Positions 18,461-27,898 of a stretch of 64,000 nt of DNA are shown in pieces. The stretch lies in assembly GCA_024225395.1 (NCBI GenBank), contig JAAEMR010000174.1, positions 6,057-70,056 on the forward strand, read 5' to 3'. Made by a program: the position numbers and the translations under genes. Position 1 is the stretch's first letter, and each line of letters starts with the position of its first letter. The notes beneath the pieces are model-generated. The model was not told where the DNA came from. It saw nothing but the letters and a program-made list of their open reading frames with translations, and ran no database searches. The DNA is from Gammaproteobacteria bacterium. GTDB lineage: Bacteria > Pseudomonadota > Gammaproteobacteria > GCA-001735895.

Positions 18461-18925
18461 CTAAACATGCTCATAAGTGGCTTGAATCCAACCTGATGAC
18501 CATAGATCCTGAGGGTGAAACCCGGGGAAGGTATCTATACCCACCAGATTCTTTAGCTTATAAAGCACCATAGACATAAAGCTGAGTGTGGCCAGCGTAA
18601 GACCGAATGAAACCACGTAGTGAAAAGTAAGGCGCAAAGGTCCAGGAATGTTCGCCCTGCGTGAATCTTCCAACCGATAGCTAGATATACGCTGGTCACG
18701 CCCGGTAAAAAAACTGAAATAGAAACTGCGAAAAAACAGCGGTAGATTAAAAATACTGTCTATACGGTGACGCGAAGCCTCATCCCTGGCAATCAATGCG
18801 GATGGTAGCAAATTATAATGTTCATCAGTTAGCAAATCTCTGATCCTTTGAGGCACTCTGCTCAAGGTGAAATCAGCAAATGTCTCGCTATTGACTCTCT
18901 GTTCTATTCTCATACAACTTCTCAT
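18461..18925 (-). CDS. Hypothetical protein (154 aa), first gene of the minus-strand export operon
   Basis: ORF with a C-terminal hydrophobic helix, positioned immediately downstream of a sigma-54 promoter-like element. Confidence 0.35.
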   Translation of the reverse strand: MRSCMRIEQRVNSETFADFTLSRVPQRIRDLLTDEHYNLLPSALIARDEASRHRIDSIFNLPLFFRSFYFSFFTGRDQRISSYRLEDSRRANIPGPLRLTFHYVVSFGLTLATLSFMSMVLYKLKNLVGIDTFPGFHPQDLWSSGWIQATYEHV

Positions 18926-18981
18926 TATTAATTAATATTTTACAAAAAAAATACAAGGCTGTTTCAACTCTGTATTTCGAA

Positions 18982-18998
18982 TGCAAAAAATGAGCCAG
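18982..18998 (-). promoter_or_regulatory. Sigma-54 type -24/-12 promoter-like element (CTGGCTCATTTTTTGCA on minus strand) about 58 bp upstream of the 18925 start
   Basis: TGGCTC-N5-TTGCA. GG and GC are correctly spaced. Confidence 0.4.
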
Positions 18999-19272
18999 CT
19001 AGCTATCAAAGTGATTTCCACTCAGGTAAAGCCAGTTAATGGAATACATATGAGACATACACGGAAGAGGCCTTAAGAAGCTGATATTAATCTATGCTAT
19101 TCGCAATAAAGTCCCGATTACCAAACCACAATATTGAAGGCATATTCTGAATATGCATTGCATTTTGAGAAATTAGCAACCATAAAGCGCTTGTGCACAC
19201 AGCATTGGTAGAGAACGCCTCCCAAGGGCCAAAATAAGCCCCGGTCAGGCATGCGACAGATTCCTGGATACG

Positions 19273-19290
19273 TTGGCATGATATCTGCAG
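19273..19290 (+). promoter_or_regulatory. Sigma-54 type promoter-like element TTGGCATGATATCTGCAG upstream of the biosynthetic operon
   Basis: TGGCAT-N5-CTGCA. Nearly identical to the element at 28150 (TGGCATGATCTCTGCAG). Confidence 0.5.
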
Positions 19291-19491
19291 AACCTGAATT
19301 AGATTTGAATTGGCTTCACCGTTTCGAACCGGATCGGTAGCTTAGGGCAAGGACATATGTGAACGTCTGTTAACAACCCTGCCGGAGTCAATACTGTTTA
19401 AATATGCAGAAAAAGCCGATTTTGCTGCAAGAAGACGGCTTATTTAATGCAGTATGAAAATGATTTTTTTAATTGAGTGAGGAATTTTTCT

Positions 19492-20379
19492 ATGCCAGAC
19501 GTATTCATTTTAGGTTTCACCAAGTGTGCTACGACCAGCATGTACAATCAGTTAATGCAACATGATGGTGTTTCCAATACCAAGCGCAAAGAACCTCATT
19601 TTCATTTCGTGCAGTTTATGGGCGACCGGTTCACAGGATCCGCAGATAACGACACGGTAAGCCAGATGTTTGTTACCGACCCCAGTCAATACCTAAATCT
19701 ATACGAACCTGGAAAGCTGAGTATCGACGGTTCAGCGATGTCGATCGAAGATCCACGTATCGTGGAGAATATCGACACACAGTTCCCGAAAGCCAGGTAC
19801 ATCATCATGCTTCGTGACCCCACTGATAGAGCCTTCTCCGCCTATTCACACCTGATACGCGATGCGCGTGAAACATGCGGCTTTCGTGATGCAATCGATC
19901 ATGAATTGAGCAATGCCCGAGAAGATCACATGCCGATCTGGCGTAACATCAAGTCAAGTCGGTATGTCGATGCGGTACAACATGCACGCAAGTTGCTGGG
20001 TGATCGACTCAAAGTAGTTGCCTATAGTGATTATGCCAAAAACAACAGGCAAACGATGGATGATATCGCCCGCTTTATCGGTTTGAACCCGATTGACTGG
20101 CGGCGTGACCACGCTAACCGCTCGGGTGTGCCTAACTCAAAGCTGTTCCAGAAGGTACTGATGCGTAAATCCCTGGCCAAGACCATCTTTGTCAATGCCT
20201 TTCCACAAAGCCTGGTTACATCATTAAAACGCAACCTGATGGAGCGCAATACAGGCGCAAAACCTGAGCTGACAGATGAGGATCGTACTTATTTTCAAGC
20301 CTGCATCGCTGATGAGATCGGCAAAATAGAACCGGGCACCCAGGACAGCGAATTGTTAAGGTCACTATACCGCGCATGA
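19492..20379 (+). CDS. Sulfotransferase-family protein
   Basis: 5'-PSB-like motif …FILGFTKCATTSMYNQL…. A 3'-PB-like region is also present (…IIMLRDPTDRAFSAYSH…). ATG at 19492 has GAGG 10 nt upstream; the ORF track uses an upstream GTG. Confidence 0.7.
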   Translation: MPDVFILGFTKCATTSMYNQLMQHDGVSNTKRKEPHFHFVQFMGDRFTGSADNDTVSQMFVTDPSQYLNLYEPGKLSIDGSAMSIEDPRIVENIDTQFPKARYIIMLRDPTDRAFSAYSHLIRDARETCGFRDAIDHELSNAREDHMPIWRNIKSSRYVDAVQHARKLLGDRLKVVAYSDYAKNNRQTMDDIARFIGLNPIDWRRDHANRSGVPNSKLFQKVLMRKSLAKTIFVNAFPQSLVTSLKRNLMERNTGAKPELTDEDRTYFQACIADEIGKIEPGTQDSELLRSLYRA

Positions 20380-21671
20380 CTGATACGAAGACAGCTTCGG
20401 CTGTTCCTCACATACTGTTTGGGATGTTTCTGCTGGAGATATTTTTCCTTTTTGTGAAAAAAATTGATGGAACACTGTATGGCGTATTCGACAATCTCGA
20501 AAAGCTGTATCCGGTAATTGCGATCCTGCTGTTGACCGCTTTTATGAAACTCAAGCTCAACTCTCATTGGTGGATGGCGCTGGGGTTTTACTCGGCCTAT
20601 CTACTATATGGAGTGTTGATCTCTTTAGCGCACCAGAAGGGAATAAAAATAATTCTGGTCCAGCTTTACCATGAAATGAAGTTCTTCCCGGTGATGTTCC
20701 TGTTTGCCATGGTGCGCTGTGATGACCGTTGGGCGAAGCTGACTCTGAAGGTTATCAAACCAATCATTATTATCACCGTAGTGCTGATTCTATTTCAGCT
20801 TGCGGCTCCGGGAGCCTACGATGCCATTTTTAAAAATGGTGGTCACTTTGAGAAAGGGCATTTTGGCGGAATGTTGTTGCCTCGCCTGGTAGGATGGTTC
20901 TGGCATCCGGGCCAGATCGCATTGTTTTTCCTGATTGCAGCCGTGTTTTTTATCGTCGAGTACCAGAAAGGCAGTATCAAGTTTGGTTTCTCGATGGTAT
21001 TCCTTTGTGTACTTTTTGTATTGCTGGCCATTCAACGCTTCGAACTGCTAATCCTTATCATTGTGCTGATGACCTTCTGGTTTCGGCGCTATATCAACCT
21101 GGATTATCGTCCCTATCTGGCTGGCCTGATCTTTATCCTTTTTTCGTCCAGCATTATCTATATCATTTCAGATGAAGCACACTTCTGGACACTGCTCGAA
21201 AATTTCAATTCACCACGAACCGTTTTTCTGGTTGAGGCTCTGTTCACGCTGGTCGAGAGCAACTACTGGGGGGCCGGATGGGGAACTATCGGCAGCCATG
21301 CGGCTGCAGATGTGGCCAATGTCTATGAATACAACGCTATGAAGGATCTTTGGTGGATTAAGCTCGGACAGTATTTCTACGATACCTACTGGCCCCATGT
21401 GATCGGTGAGACAGGTCTACCCGGCTTCTTTTTCCTGCTGTTGTCCATGGTTTTCATGATCCGTGCTTTTAGACGGCCGGAAGCCAGCATCCTGATGTTT
21501 GTCCTGATTCTTACCAGCGCACTGTCATCCAACGCCCAGTCACTATATCACCTGACGGTATTCGGCTGGTTCATCATGCTGCTGGAAAACACTGACAATA
21601 AAGAAGTCCCACATGAACCGGTGAAGATATCTGCATCTACATCGACTAACAATATAGGAGTTAAATTATGA
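20376..21671 (+). CDS. O-antigen ligase/polymerase-like (Wzy_C family) polytopic membrane protein
   Basis: About ten TM helices with a large loop. ATGA start/stop overlaps on both sides, indicating operon coupling. Confidence 0.7.
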   Translation: MTDTKTASAVPHILFGMFLLEIFFLFVKKIDGTLYGVFDNLEKLYPVIAILLLTAFMKLKLNSHWWMALGFYSAYLLYGVLISLAHQKGIKIILVQLYHEMKFFPVMFLFAMVRCDDRWAKLTLKVIKPIIIITVVLILFQLAAPGAYDAIFKNGGHFEKGHFGGMLLPRLVGWFWHPGQIALFFLIAAVFFIVEYQKGSIKFGFSMVFLCVLFVLLAIQRFELLILIIVLMTFWFRRYINLDYRPYLAGLIFILFSSSIIYIISDEAHFWTLLENFNSPRTVFLVEALFTLVESNYWGAGWGTIGSHAAADVANVYEYNAMKDLWWIKLGQYFYDTYWPHVIGETGLPGFFFLLLSMVFMIRAFRRPEASILMFVLILTSALSSNAQSLYHLTVFGWFIMLLENTDNKEVPHEPVKISASTSTNNIGVKL

Positions 21672-23191
21672 ACAGAAATAATCAGTTATCAGGGGTTGCC
21701 ATTGTGGGTACCCGGGCCCGCGGTGGAATTTACGCTGTGATCGAGAACCATATACAGGCGGGTGTGTATGAAGGCTATGAGCACTATTTCATCGCCTCAC
21801 ACGACGAAGTGGGCATAGTAAATCGAGTTATTCTGGCACTAACTTCCCTGTTCACCCTGATCAGCTTGATCATTCGAGGCAAAATATCAGTATGCCACCT
21901 GCATGGGTCGATGAAGGGAAGTATTTACCGTAAGTCGACCTTCGTCTTCGTGTGTCGTTTGCTGGGCTGCAAAGTTATTTTTCATCTTCATGGCTCGGAA
22001 TTTGCAAAAACCTATGAAAAAAGAGGTGGCATTTACAAACGCCTTGTCCGTTATGTGCTAAACCAGTCAGACAATGTCTTCGTACTTTCTGACTATTGGA
22101 AAACCTATGTTGAAACAATATCAGTTAACACTGAAATCCATGTCATAAACAACTTCCCTGCTCCAGTATATGAAACGCTCTACGACACCAGAGAATACTC
22201 TAAAAAGTCAACTACTGAGCTACTTTTCCTGGGGTACATTGGTCAACGTAAGGGGATTTACGACCTCGTTGAAGCTGTCGCTTTACTAAAGGCCAGAGGC
22301 ATTGAAGGGTTCCATATCAATGTCGGTGGTAATGGCGAAGTCGACAAACTCAAAGCACTGGTAGCAGAGAGGGATTTGACTCAATATTTTAACGTTATCG
22401 GCTGGGTTAGTGGCGATCAAAAGCACCAGCTCCTGAAACAATCTGATCTTTTATTATTGCCGTCACACAATGAAGGTCTGCCGATTGCAATCCTGGAAGC
22501 CATGTCAGCTGGTTTGGCAGTTTTAAGTACCAGGGTTGGCGGTATTCCCGATGCCATCAGCGATGAACGCTATGGTCTGCTGGTGGAACCGGGAAAACCT
22601 GAAGACCTGGCCAATGCAATCTCACGTTACCTGGACACTAAAGGACTGATCAAGTCGGTTACCAGAAATGCCCGCGAGCTGTATGACGAGGTTTACTCAG
22701 CTCAAGCCAACGTCGCTAAAATCAGAACTGTAATTGACAGGTTAAAACACAAACGAAAGAAAAAAGTACTCGCAGTGGCATCCAAGGGAGGCCATTCAAT
22801 TCAATTGATGCGTCTTAAACCTGTTTTGGATCAATATGATACAAGCTATGTTTCGAGCCAACATTACGATGGCATGGATAACTTTACCCGCGTAACAGAT
22901 GCCAACCGAAATTCTAAATTCCGCCTCATGCTGTTGTTCTTTCAGGTGTTATGGATCGTTATTCGAAAACGTCCAAACATTGTCATATCAAGTGGTGCTG
23001 CACCAGGGTACTTCACTGTACTTTGTGGAAAGCTACTCGGAGCAAAAACTATCTGGATCGATAGCATTGCTAACGCTGAGGAGTTGTCAATGTCAGGGCA
23101 ACGTGCTGGAAAGTTTGCTGACCTGTGGTTAACCCAATGGCCGGAAGTAGCGCATGAAAATGGCCCTAAATATGGAGGTCGTGTCCTGTGA
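21668..23191 (+). CDS. Fusion: GT4 (glycosyltransferase family 1) N-terminal domain plus Alg14-like C-terminal domain
   Basis: GT4 EX7E region …EGLPIAILEAMSAGLAVLSTRVGGIPD…. The C-terminal 140 aa (…KKVLAVASKGGHSIQLMRLKPVL…GAAPGYFTVLCGKLLGAKTIWIDSIAN…) resemble the Alg14/PssD/Cps14F membrane-anchor subunit. Confidence 0.7.
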   Translation: MNRNNQLSGVAIVGTRARGGIYAVIENHIQAGVYEGYEHYFIASHDEVGIVNRVILALTSLFTLISLIIRGKISVCHLHGSMKGSIYRKSTFVFVCRLLGCKVIFHLHGSEFAKTYEKRGGIYKRLVRYVLNQSDNVFVLSDYWKTYVETISVNTEIHVINNFPAPVYETLYDTREYSKKSTTELLFLGYIGQRKGIYDLVEAVALLKARGIEGFHINVGGNGEVDKLKALVAERDLTQYFNVIGWVSGDQKHQLLKQSDLLLLPSHNEGLPIAILEAMSAGLAVLSTRVGGIPDAISDERYGLLVEPGKPEDLANAISRYLDTKGLIKSVTRNARELYDEVYSAQANVAKIRTVIDRLKHKRKKKVLAVASKGGHSIQLMRLKPVLDQYDTSYVSSQHYDGMDNFTRVTDANRNSKFRLMLLFFQVLWIVIRKRPNIVISSGAAPGYFTVLCGKLLGAKTIWIDSIANAEELSMSGQRAGKFADLWLTQWPEVAHENGPKYGGRVL

Positions 23192-23661
23192 TTTTATTAA
23201 CAGTAGGTACTCAGTTGCCCTTCGATCGATTTGTTAAATTGGTTGATGAGTGGGCGTGTAAAAACCCCGAGGTGGAAATTCTTGCGCAAATCGCGAGTGG
23301 CACCTATACCCCAAAGCATATGGAGTATGTTGATTACCTGGATGAGAAAAGATATGCCGAAGTATTTGAAAAGGCAGAGGTTATTTTAGCCCATGCAGGC
23401 ATGGGATCGGTTATCAGTTCACTGATCGCCTCTAAACCCGTTATCGTTTATCCACGCAAAGCATCGCTGGGTGAGCACCGTAATGAGCACCAGTTGGCTA
23501 CCTGTCAGAAGCTATCCTACCTCAAGGGATGTTATATTGCCTACGAGCCTGAGGCGTTATTTACGACTCTTGATGAACTCAGTTCGCTGGAAGGTGGATC
23601 AATTAATCCCTATGCCAATGATGATCTGCTTGCAACTATCGATAATTTTATTGCCGGATAA
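23188..23661 (+). CDS. Alg13-like / PssE / Cps14G-like glycosyltransferase catalytic subunit (Glyco_tran_28_C)
   Basis: MILLTVGTQLPFDRFVKLVDEW…AGMGSVISSLIASKPVIVYPR…. GTG start overlapping the upstream stop (GTGA). Confidence 0.7.
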   Translation: MILLTVGTQLPFDRFVKLVDEWACKNPEVEILAQIASGTYTPKHMEYVDYLDEKRYAEVFEKAEVILAHAGMGSVISSLIASKPVIVYPRKASLGEHRNEHQLATCQKLSYLKGCYIAYEPEALFTTLDELSSLEGGSINPYANDDLLATIDNFIAG

Positions 23662-23684
23662 GTCTGGATGCAAAGGTCCTAATT

Positions 23685-24995
23685 ATGAATCACATCATGC
23701 GTCTTAGTTCCCGCCTGAGCGACCCGCATATACGAGAGGTCGTACTCGGTAGTCTTATTGGCCTGGGTATAAAAGTGTTGTCAGCGGTCAGTCTATTCAT
23801 TATGAATATGGTAGTCGCGCGAACTCTTGGTGCAGCAGAGGCGGGATTGTTTTTTCTTGGCTTTACTCTGGTCACTGTTGTTGCAGCCGTAGGACGCCTC
23901 GGCCTGGATCAGAGCCTTGTCCGTTTTATAGCTGCATCTAGTGCAACTCATTCAACCGGTGTACTGCATGGCGTTTATCGAAAATCAATAGGTTGGGTAG
24001 CCATCGCGAGTATCGGATTCGCTTTACTAGGCTGGATTAACACTGACCGTTTGGTTGAACATGTATTTAATCAGCCTGGTTTTGAACCCGTGTTGCGATC
24101 ATTTTTGATAGCAATTCCGTTGGTTGCTTTATACACCATGCATGCTCATGCGCTTCAGGGGCTTAAACAGATAGCAAAATCGATGTTGACGCTCAACGTT
24201 CTGGTGCCTGTTACACTGCTACTATTGTTGCTGATTGCCCCGGTAAAATCTGCTGATGCGGTTGCTAACTACTTCAATATCGCCTGTCTGCTCACATTGG
24301 GCACAGGCCTGTTGTTCTGGATTAAATCAGCACCAAAAACAGAAAAAGTAGAAAGTTTCTCCTCAACCCAGCTTCGTAAGACTTGCACTCCACTTTGGGT
24401 CGTCGCCATGTTATCGCAAGTGGTACAGTGGGCTCCGCAGTTGATGCTAGGTGCCTGGGCTTCTTCAGAAAATGTAGCCTTTTTTGCTGTCGCCCAACGC
24501 ACGGCGATGCTAACCAGTTTCGTTCTTTTTGCAGTCAATGCGATTGCCGCCCCTAAATTTGCCGCAATGCACGCGAAAGGAGATAGTGAGGGCTTGAAAC
24601 GCGTGGCAATCTGGTCTGTGCGTCTGATGTTATTGGCTGCGGTTCCTGCATTGATGCTGATGCTTTTGGCTCCTGAATGGTTGATGAGTTTTTTTGGTGA
24701 AGAGTTCCGTGCAGCATCGACGGCGTTGATGATCCTTGCTCTAGGTCAGTTTGTGAATATCGCAACGGGTTCTGTAGGTTATTTACTGAGCATGACGGGG
24801 CATGAACGTGATTTACGCAACAATGCGATCATTAGTGCAGTTATCGGATTGACGCTTGGTTTGGTTCTAATACCAGGTTATGGTTTGTTAGGCGCTACAG
24901 TTGCTACAGCGGTAGCGGTAGCCTCTCAGAACCTTTTAGGGGTTTATCAAGTCCGCAAACACCTTGGATTTAATACACTGGTGTTCTGGAAGTAG
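23685..24995 (+). CDS. Polysaccharide biosynthesis protein / Wzx-type flippase (MOP superfamily)
   Basis: 436 aa with 12 or more TM helices and the typical Wzx architecture. Confidence 0.75.
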   Translation: MNHIMRLSSRLSDPHIREVVLGSLIGLGIKVLSAVSLFIMNMVVARTLGAAEAGLFFLGFTLVTVVAAVGRLGLDQSLVRFIAASSATHSTGVLHGVYRKSIGWVAIASIGFALLGWINTDRLVEHVFNQPGFEPVLRSFLIAIPLVALYTMHAHALQGLKQIAKSMLTLNVLVPVTLLLLLLIAPVKSADAVANYFNIACLLTLGTGLLFWIKSAPKTEKVESFSSTQLRKTCTPLWVVAMLSQVVQWAPQLMLGAWASSENVAFFAVAQRTAMLTSFVLFAVNAIAAPKFAAMHAKGDSEGLKRVAIWSVRLMLLAAVPALMLMLLAPEWLMSFFGEEFRAASTALMILALGQFVNIATGSVGYLLSMTGHERDLRNNAIISAVIGLTLGLVLIPGYGLLGATVATAVAVASQNLLGVYQVRKHLGFNTLVFWK

Positions 24996-25100
24996 AGAAC
25001 ATTGATGTGTATACATCAGCCTTCACTCTAGCAGTATATTTCCCGGGACATCCCGATCTCGACAACACATTTTGCAATTTAATAATCACGTTGGTTAGCC

Positions 25101-26054
25101 ATGAGTGAATCAATACCAAAAATTACAGTGATAATACCGGCATATAATGCTGAGAAGACAATATGTCGTTCAATTGACTCGGCTCTACTTCAAAATGATA
25201 TCGACATCGAAATTATCATCATTAATGACTGCTCATCAGATTCCACTGAGAGTGTTATAAGGAATAGATACTCAGCATACAAGAATATAAAACTGCTTAA
25301 AACCAGGCGCAATTCTGGTCCGAGTGTGGCGCGGAATATGGGTATTGAAAATGCGACTGGAAACTGGATAGCATTACTTGATGCAGATGACTGGTTTGCG
25401 AAAAATCGCCTGTCAATACTCTATAAAAATGCATTAGAGTATGATCTCGATTTTATTGCTGATAGTTATCATTTGTGTAGCAGTGAGAATACAACGCCAC
25501 ACTCAGTTTGTTTTACCATTTTTTCTAAGCCTGATAGCTTAAAGGTGATCAGTAGTTCTCAGTTTGTTAGCAAAGGACTAGGTTCTGTAAAGCCTGTTAT
25601 CAAGAAGGAATTTCTTGATAACACCGGCATTCGCTTTAATCCGTTGGTATGGCGGGGCGAAGATATGATGTTTTTCGTAACATTATTAATTAATAATGCC
25701 CATTTCGGGTTATTAAATACACCTCTTTACTATAGGCAGGATACACTGGGTTCTCTTACAAAATCAGATAAAGTAATATTACTTACAGAAATGCATGAAG
25801 TATTTGTTGAGCTTCAGGAAATTGTTATTGCTGCAGGAAAGGAAGATGATGAAGTTATAAGCGCTTTGCAGTATAGAGCACATGTCGTTCAGGATACATT
25901 GGCAGCCGCTAAGTGGGAAATATGGATAAAAGATATGCCAAAGGTTACCAGCCTGTTAAATGCTGTTCGTCATGTATTATTTAAACGTAAGCGCTATCCA
26001 GTTAATAAGGCACGGAACGGAACTCAACTCACTAGTGCAACGGGTGGGATGTAA
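25101..26054 (+). CDS. Glycosyltransferase family 2
   Basis: …ITVIIPAYNAEKTICRSIDSALLQN…IIINDCSSDST… GT-A fold with a DxD (…LLDADDW…). Confidence 0.8.
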   Translation: MSESIPKITVIIPAYNAEKTICRSIDSALLQNDIDIEIIIINDCSSDSTESVIRNRYSAYKNIKLLKTRRNSGPSVARNMGIENATGNWIALLDADDWFAKNRLSILYKNALEYDLDFIADSYHLCSSENTTPHSVCFTIFSKPDSLKVISSSQFVSKGLGSVKPVIKKEFLDNTGIRFNPLVWRGEDMMFFVTLLINNAHFGLLNTPLYYRQDTLGSLTKSDKVILLTEMHEVFVELQEIVIAAGKEDDEVISALQYRAHVVQDTLAAAKWEIWIKDMPKVTSLLNAVRHVLFKRKRYPVNKARNGTQLTSATGGM

Positions 26055-26577
26055 GCCCTCGTCTGCTCACACCTTTGCAGGTTGTTGATTTTAAATCCTG
26101 CTTTTTTGATGTATCAAAAACAGGTGTTTTTTGTTATGACACTATCTCAACATCTTTTTTTACTTTAAATTTATGTCGATATTGGTTCAGTGGCATTTCA
26201 ATAAACCTATACGATATATACGCCCTATATATGATTAATCCAATACCAAAGATCATCATGATATCGGCAACAATGGTTCTTTCAAAAACTATTTTTGTTG
26301 TACCTTCTGTATCAACAGAAATAGATCCAAAAAATATTGGTGAGAAAAGTTGACTAATTATTTTTTGAAAAAGCTGGATTACTAGCAACCAAATTAAACT
26401 GATGTTCTACAGTTTAGCTGGCACATTCAATCCCCGGGTAAGCATTAATATATAAAATGGGTATAAGCGAAAATTCGTTTTACCTGGAAGTCATATAACT
26501 CCGTTATTGAATTGATTTTATCCTGCTAATTTAATGCTATAACAAATCCGGATAACACGAAAAAGAAATCAACCATT

Positions 26578-26700
26578 AATCGTAAAAGTTAAAGCCAAAG
26601 CCATTTATATTGCTGCTGGTGACAATTTTGCCGGACGATAAACTGTATAGCCGCCGGTAACCAGATTTACGCACTAACGGGAACATCGCTTCCAAATATT
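26578..26700 (-). pseudogene. Degenerate fragment paralogous to the N-terminal region of the GEVED/LruC-like secreted protein gene (8324-10429)
   Basis: About 70 percent nucleotide identity to 10201-10330. Minus-strand translation …YSLSSGKIVTSSNINGFGFNFY matches …YSLLSSDLGTNNKINGFGFNFH. No intact ORF. Confidence 0.5.
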
Positions 26701-26752
26701 TCACTTCATGGGTTACTGGTATCTTCCTGCGGAGTATCACAGCCCGGATGCT

Positions 26753-27757
26753 TTACATGGCACCGCAGTCTTTGCTGAACACAACCCCCACCGTTTTGAA
26801 CAATAGCCTGAGGTCGTAGAGCTGGCTCCAGTTTCTCTGATATCGCAAATCCAGGCGAATGATGTCTTCAAAATCCTTGATCGAGGAACGACCATTCACC
26901 TGCCATTCACCGGTAATACCAGGTTTCACATCTAAACGGCGCCACTCGGGCACGTCATACTGATCAATCTCTTCCGCCGTGGGTGGACGTGTGCCCACCA
27001 GGCTCATGGAACCTTCGAGCACGTTCCAGAACTGGGGCAGCTCATCAAGGCTTGTACGTCTTAGAAAACGCCCTACCTTCGTAATTCGTGGATCATTTTC
27101 TGCTTTGAAAATAGCGCCTTTGGCTTCATTAACTACTTCGAACTTGCGAGCTTCCGCGTCCGGAACCATAGAACGAAACTTCCACAACTTGAATTTTCGT
27201 CCCATCCATCCACAGCGAGTCTGGCTGAAGAGCAAGGGTCCCGCCCCGTCACTTCTGATGGCAATCGCGATGGGAATGAACAATAAGCCGGTTATAAACA
27301 ACCCTAGCAGCGCACCAAAAATATCGACGACCCGTTTGATACGGGAGCGAACGGAAGCATGGGTCACAGGAAGCTTATCTGCTTCGTTTGAGACTGATGC
27401 AGATTCCATATTTTCCGATGACTCAATGTTGAGGACTCTGTTCAGCCCGGTCATGGTCAAGACCGCCTCTATCTGGGGTCTGAGACCACTGACCACGAGA
27501 TCAATGCCAGTGCTTTTCGACATCTTGATAGTGCTTACCAACGCTCCTATTCCACTGCTATCTAAAAAACTAGTTTTGGAAAAATCCAGGTTTACCTTGA
27601 GTGGCGGCACTTCAGTTTCACAAATAGATTTGAAGGTATTGTTAAACGGCACGGCTTCAACGACGGTAAATTCCTTGGGCATTTCGATGATCATGGCATC
27701 GGCACTCTTCGATATCTGGTAGTATTGACTTATTTCAATGTTTTGATTTTTTTTCAT
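26753..27757 (-). CDS. Fusion: N-terminal STAS (anti-sigma-factor-antagonist) domain plus C-terminal bacterial sugar transferase (priming glycosyl-1-phosphate transferase, Bac_transf/PglC-WbaP family)
   Basis: STAS: …IIEMPKEFTVVEAVPFNNT…LKVNLDFSKTSFLDSSGIGALVSTIKMSKSTGIDLVVSGLRPQIEAVL… with the DSSG phospho-Ser motif. Transferase: TM VVDIFGALLGLFITGLLFIPIAIAI, then …RKFKLWKFRSMV…DELPQFWNVLEGSMSLVGTRP…. Start ATG at 27757 with a GGAGAAG RBS. The 387-aa extended ORF is rejected because it would include its own sigma-54 promoter. Confidence 0.8.
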   Translation of the reverse strand: MKKNQNIEISQYYQISKSADAMIIEMPKEFTVVEAVPFNNTFKSICETEVPPLKVNLDFSKTSFLDSSGIGALVSTIKMSKSTGIDLVVSGLRPQIEAVLTMTGLNRVLNIESSENMESASVSNEADKLPVTHASVRSRIKRVVDIFGALLGLFITGLLFIPIAIAIRSDGAGPLLFSQTRCGWMGRKFKLWKFRSMVPDAEARKFEVVNEAKGAIFKAENDPRITKVGRFLRRTSLDELPQFWNVLEGSMSLVGTRPPTAEEIDQYDVPEWRRLDVKPGITGEWQVNGRSSIKDFEDIIRLDLRYQRNWSQLYDLRLLFKTVGVVFSKDCGAM

Positions 27758-27898
27758 GTAACTTCTCCAAAATACAGGTAACGTAACTAATCTGTTCTGC
27801 CTTAGGTCAGATATGGATAATTCCAATTTAAATTTCCACTGGATCACTGTTGGTTTAGTCGTATTGCTCACCCTTACAGTTTTCCATTGATCTATGCC

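Noticed and set aside
26075-26388. Two overlapping small ORFs (92 aa plus strand, 84 aa minus strand) in the gap after the GT2 gene
   Set aside because: AT-rich, mutually overlapping on opposite strands, with no RBS or motif. Typical spurious ORFs in non-coding DNA.
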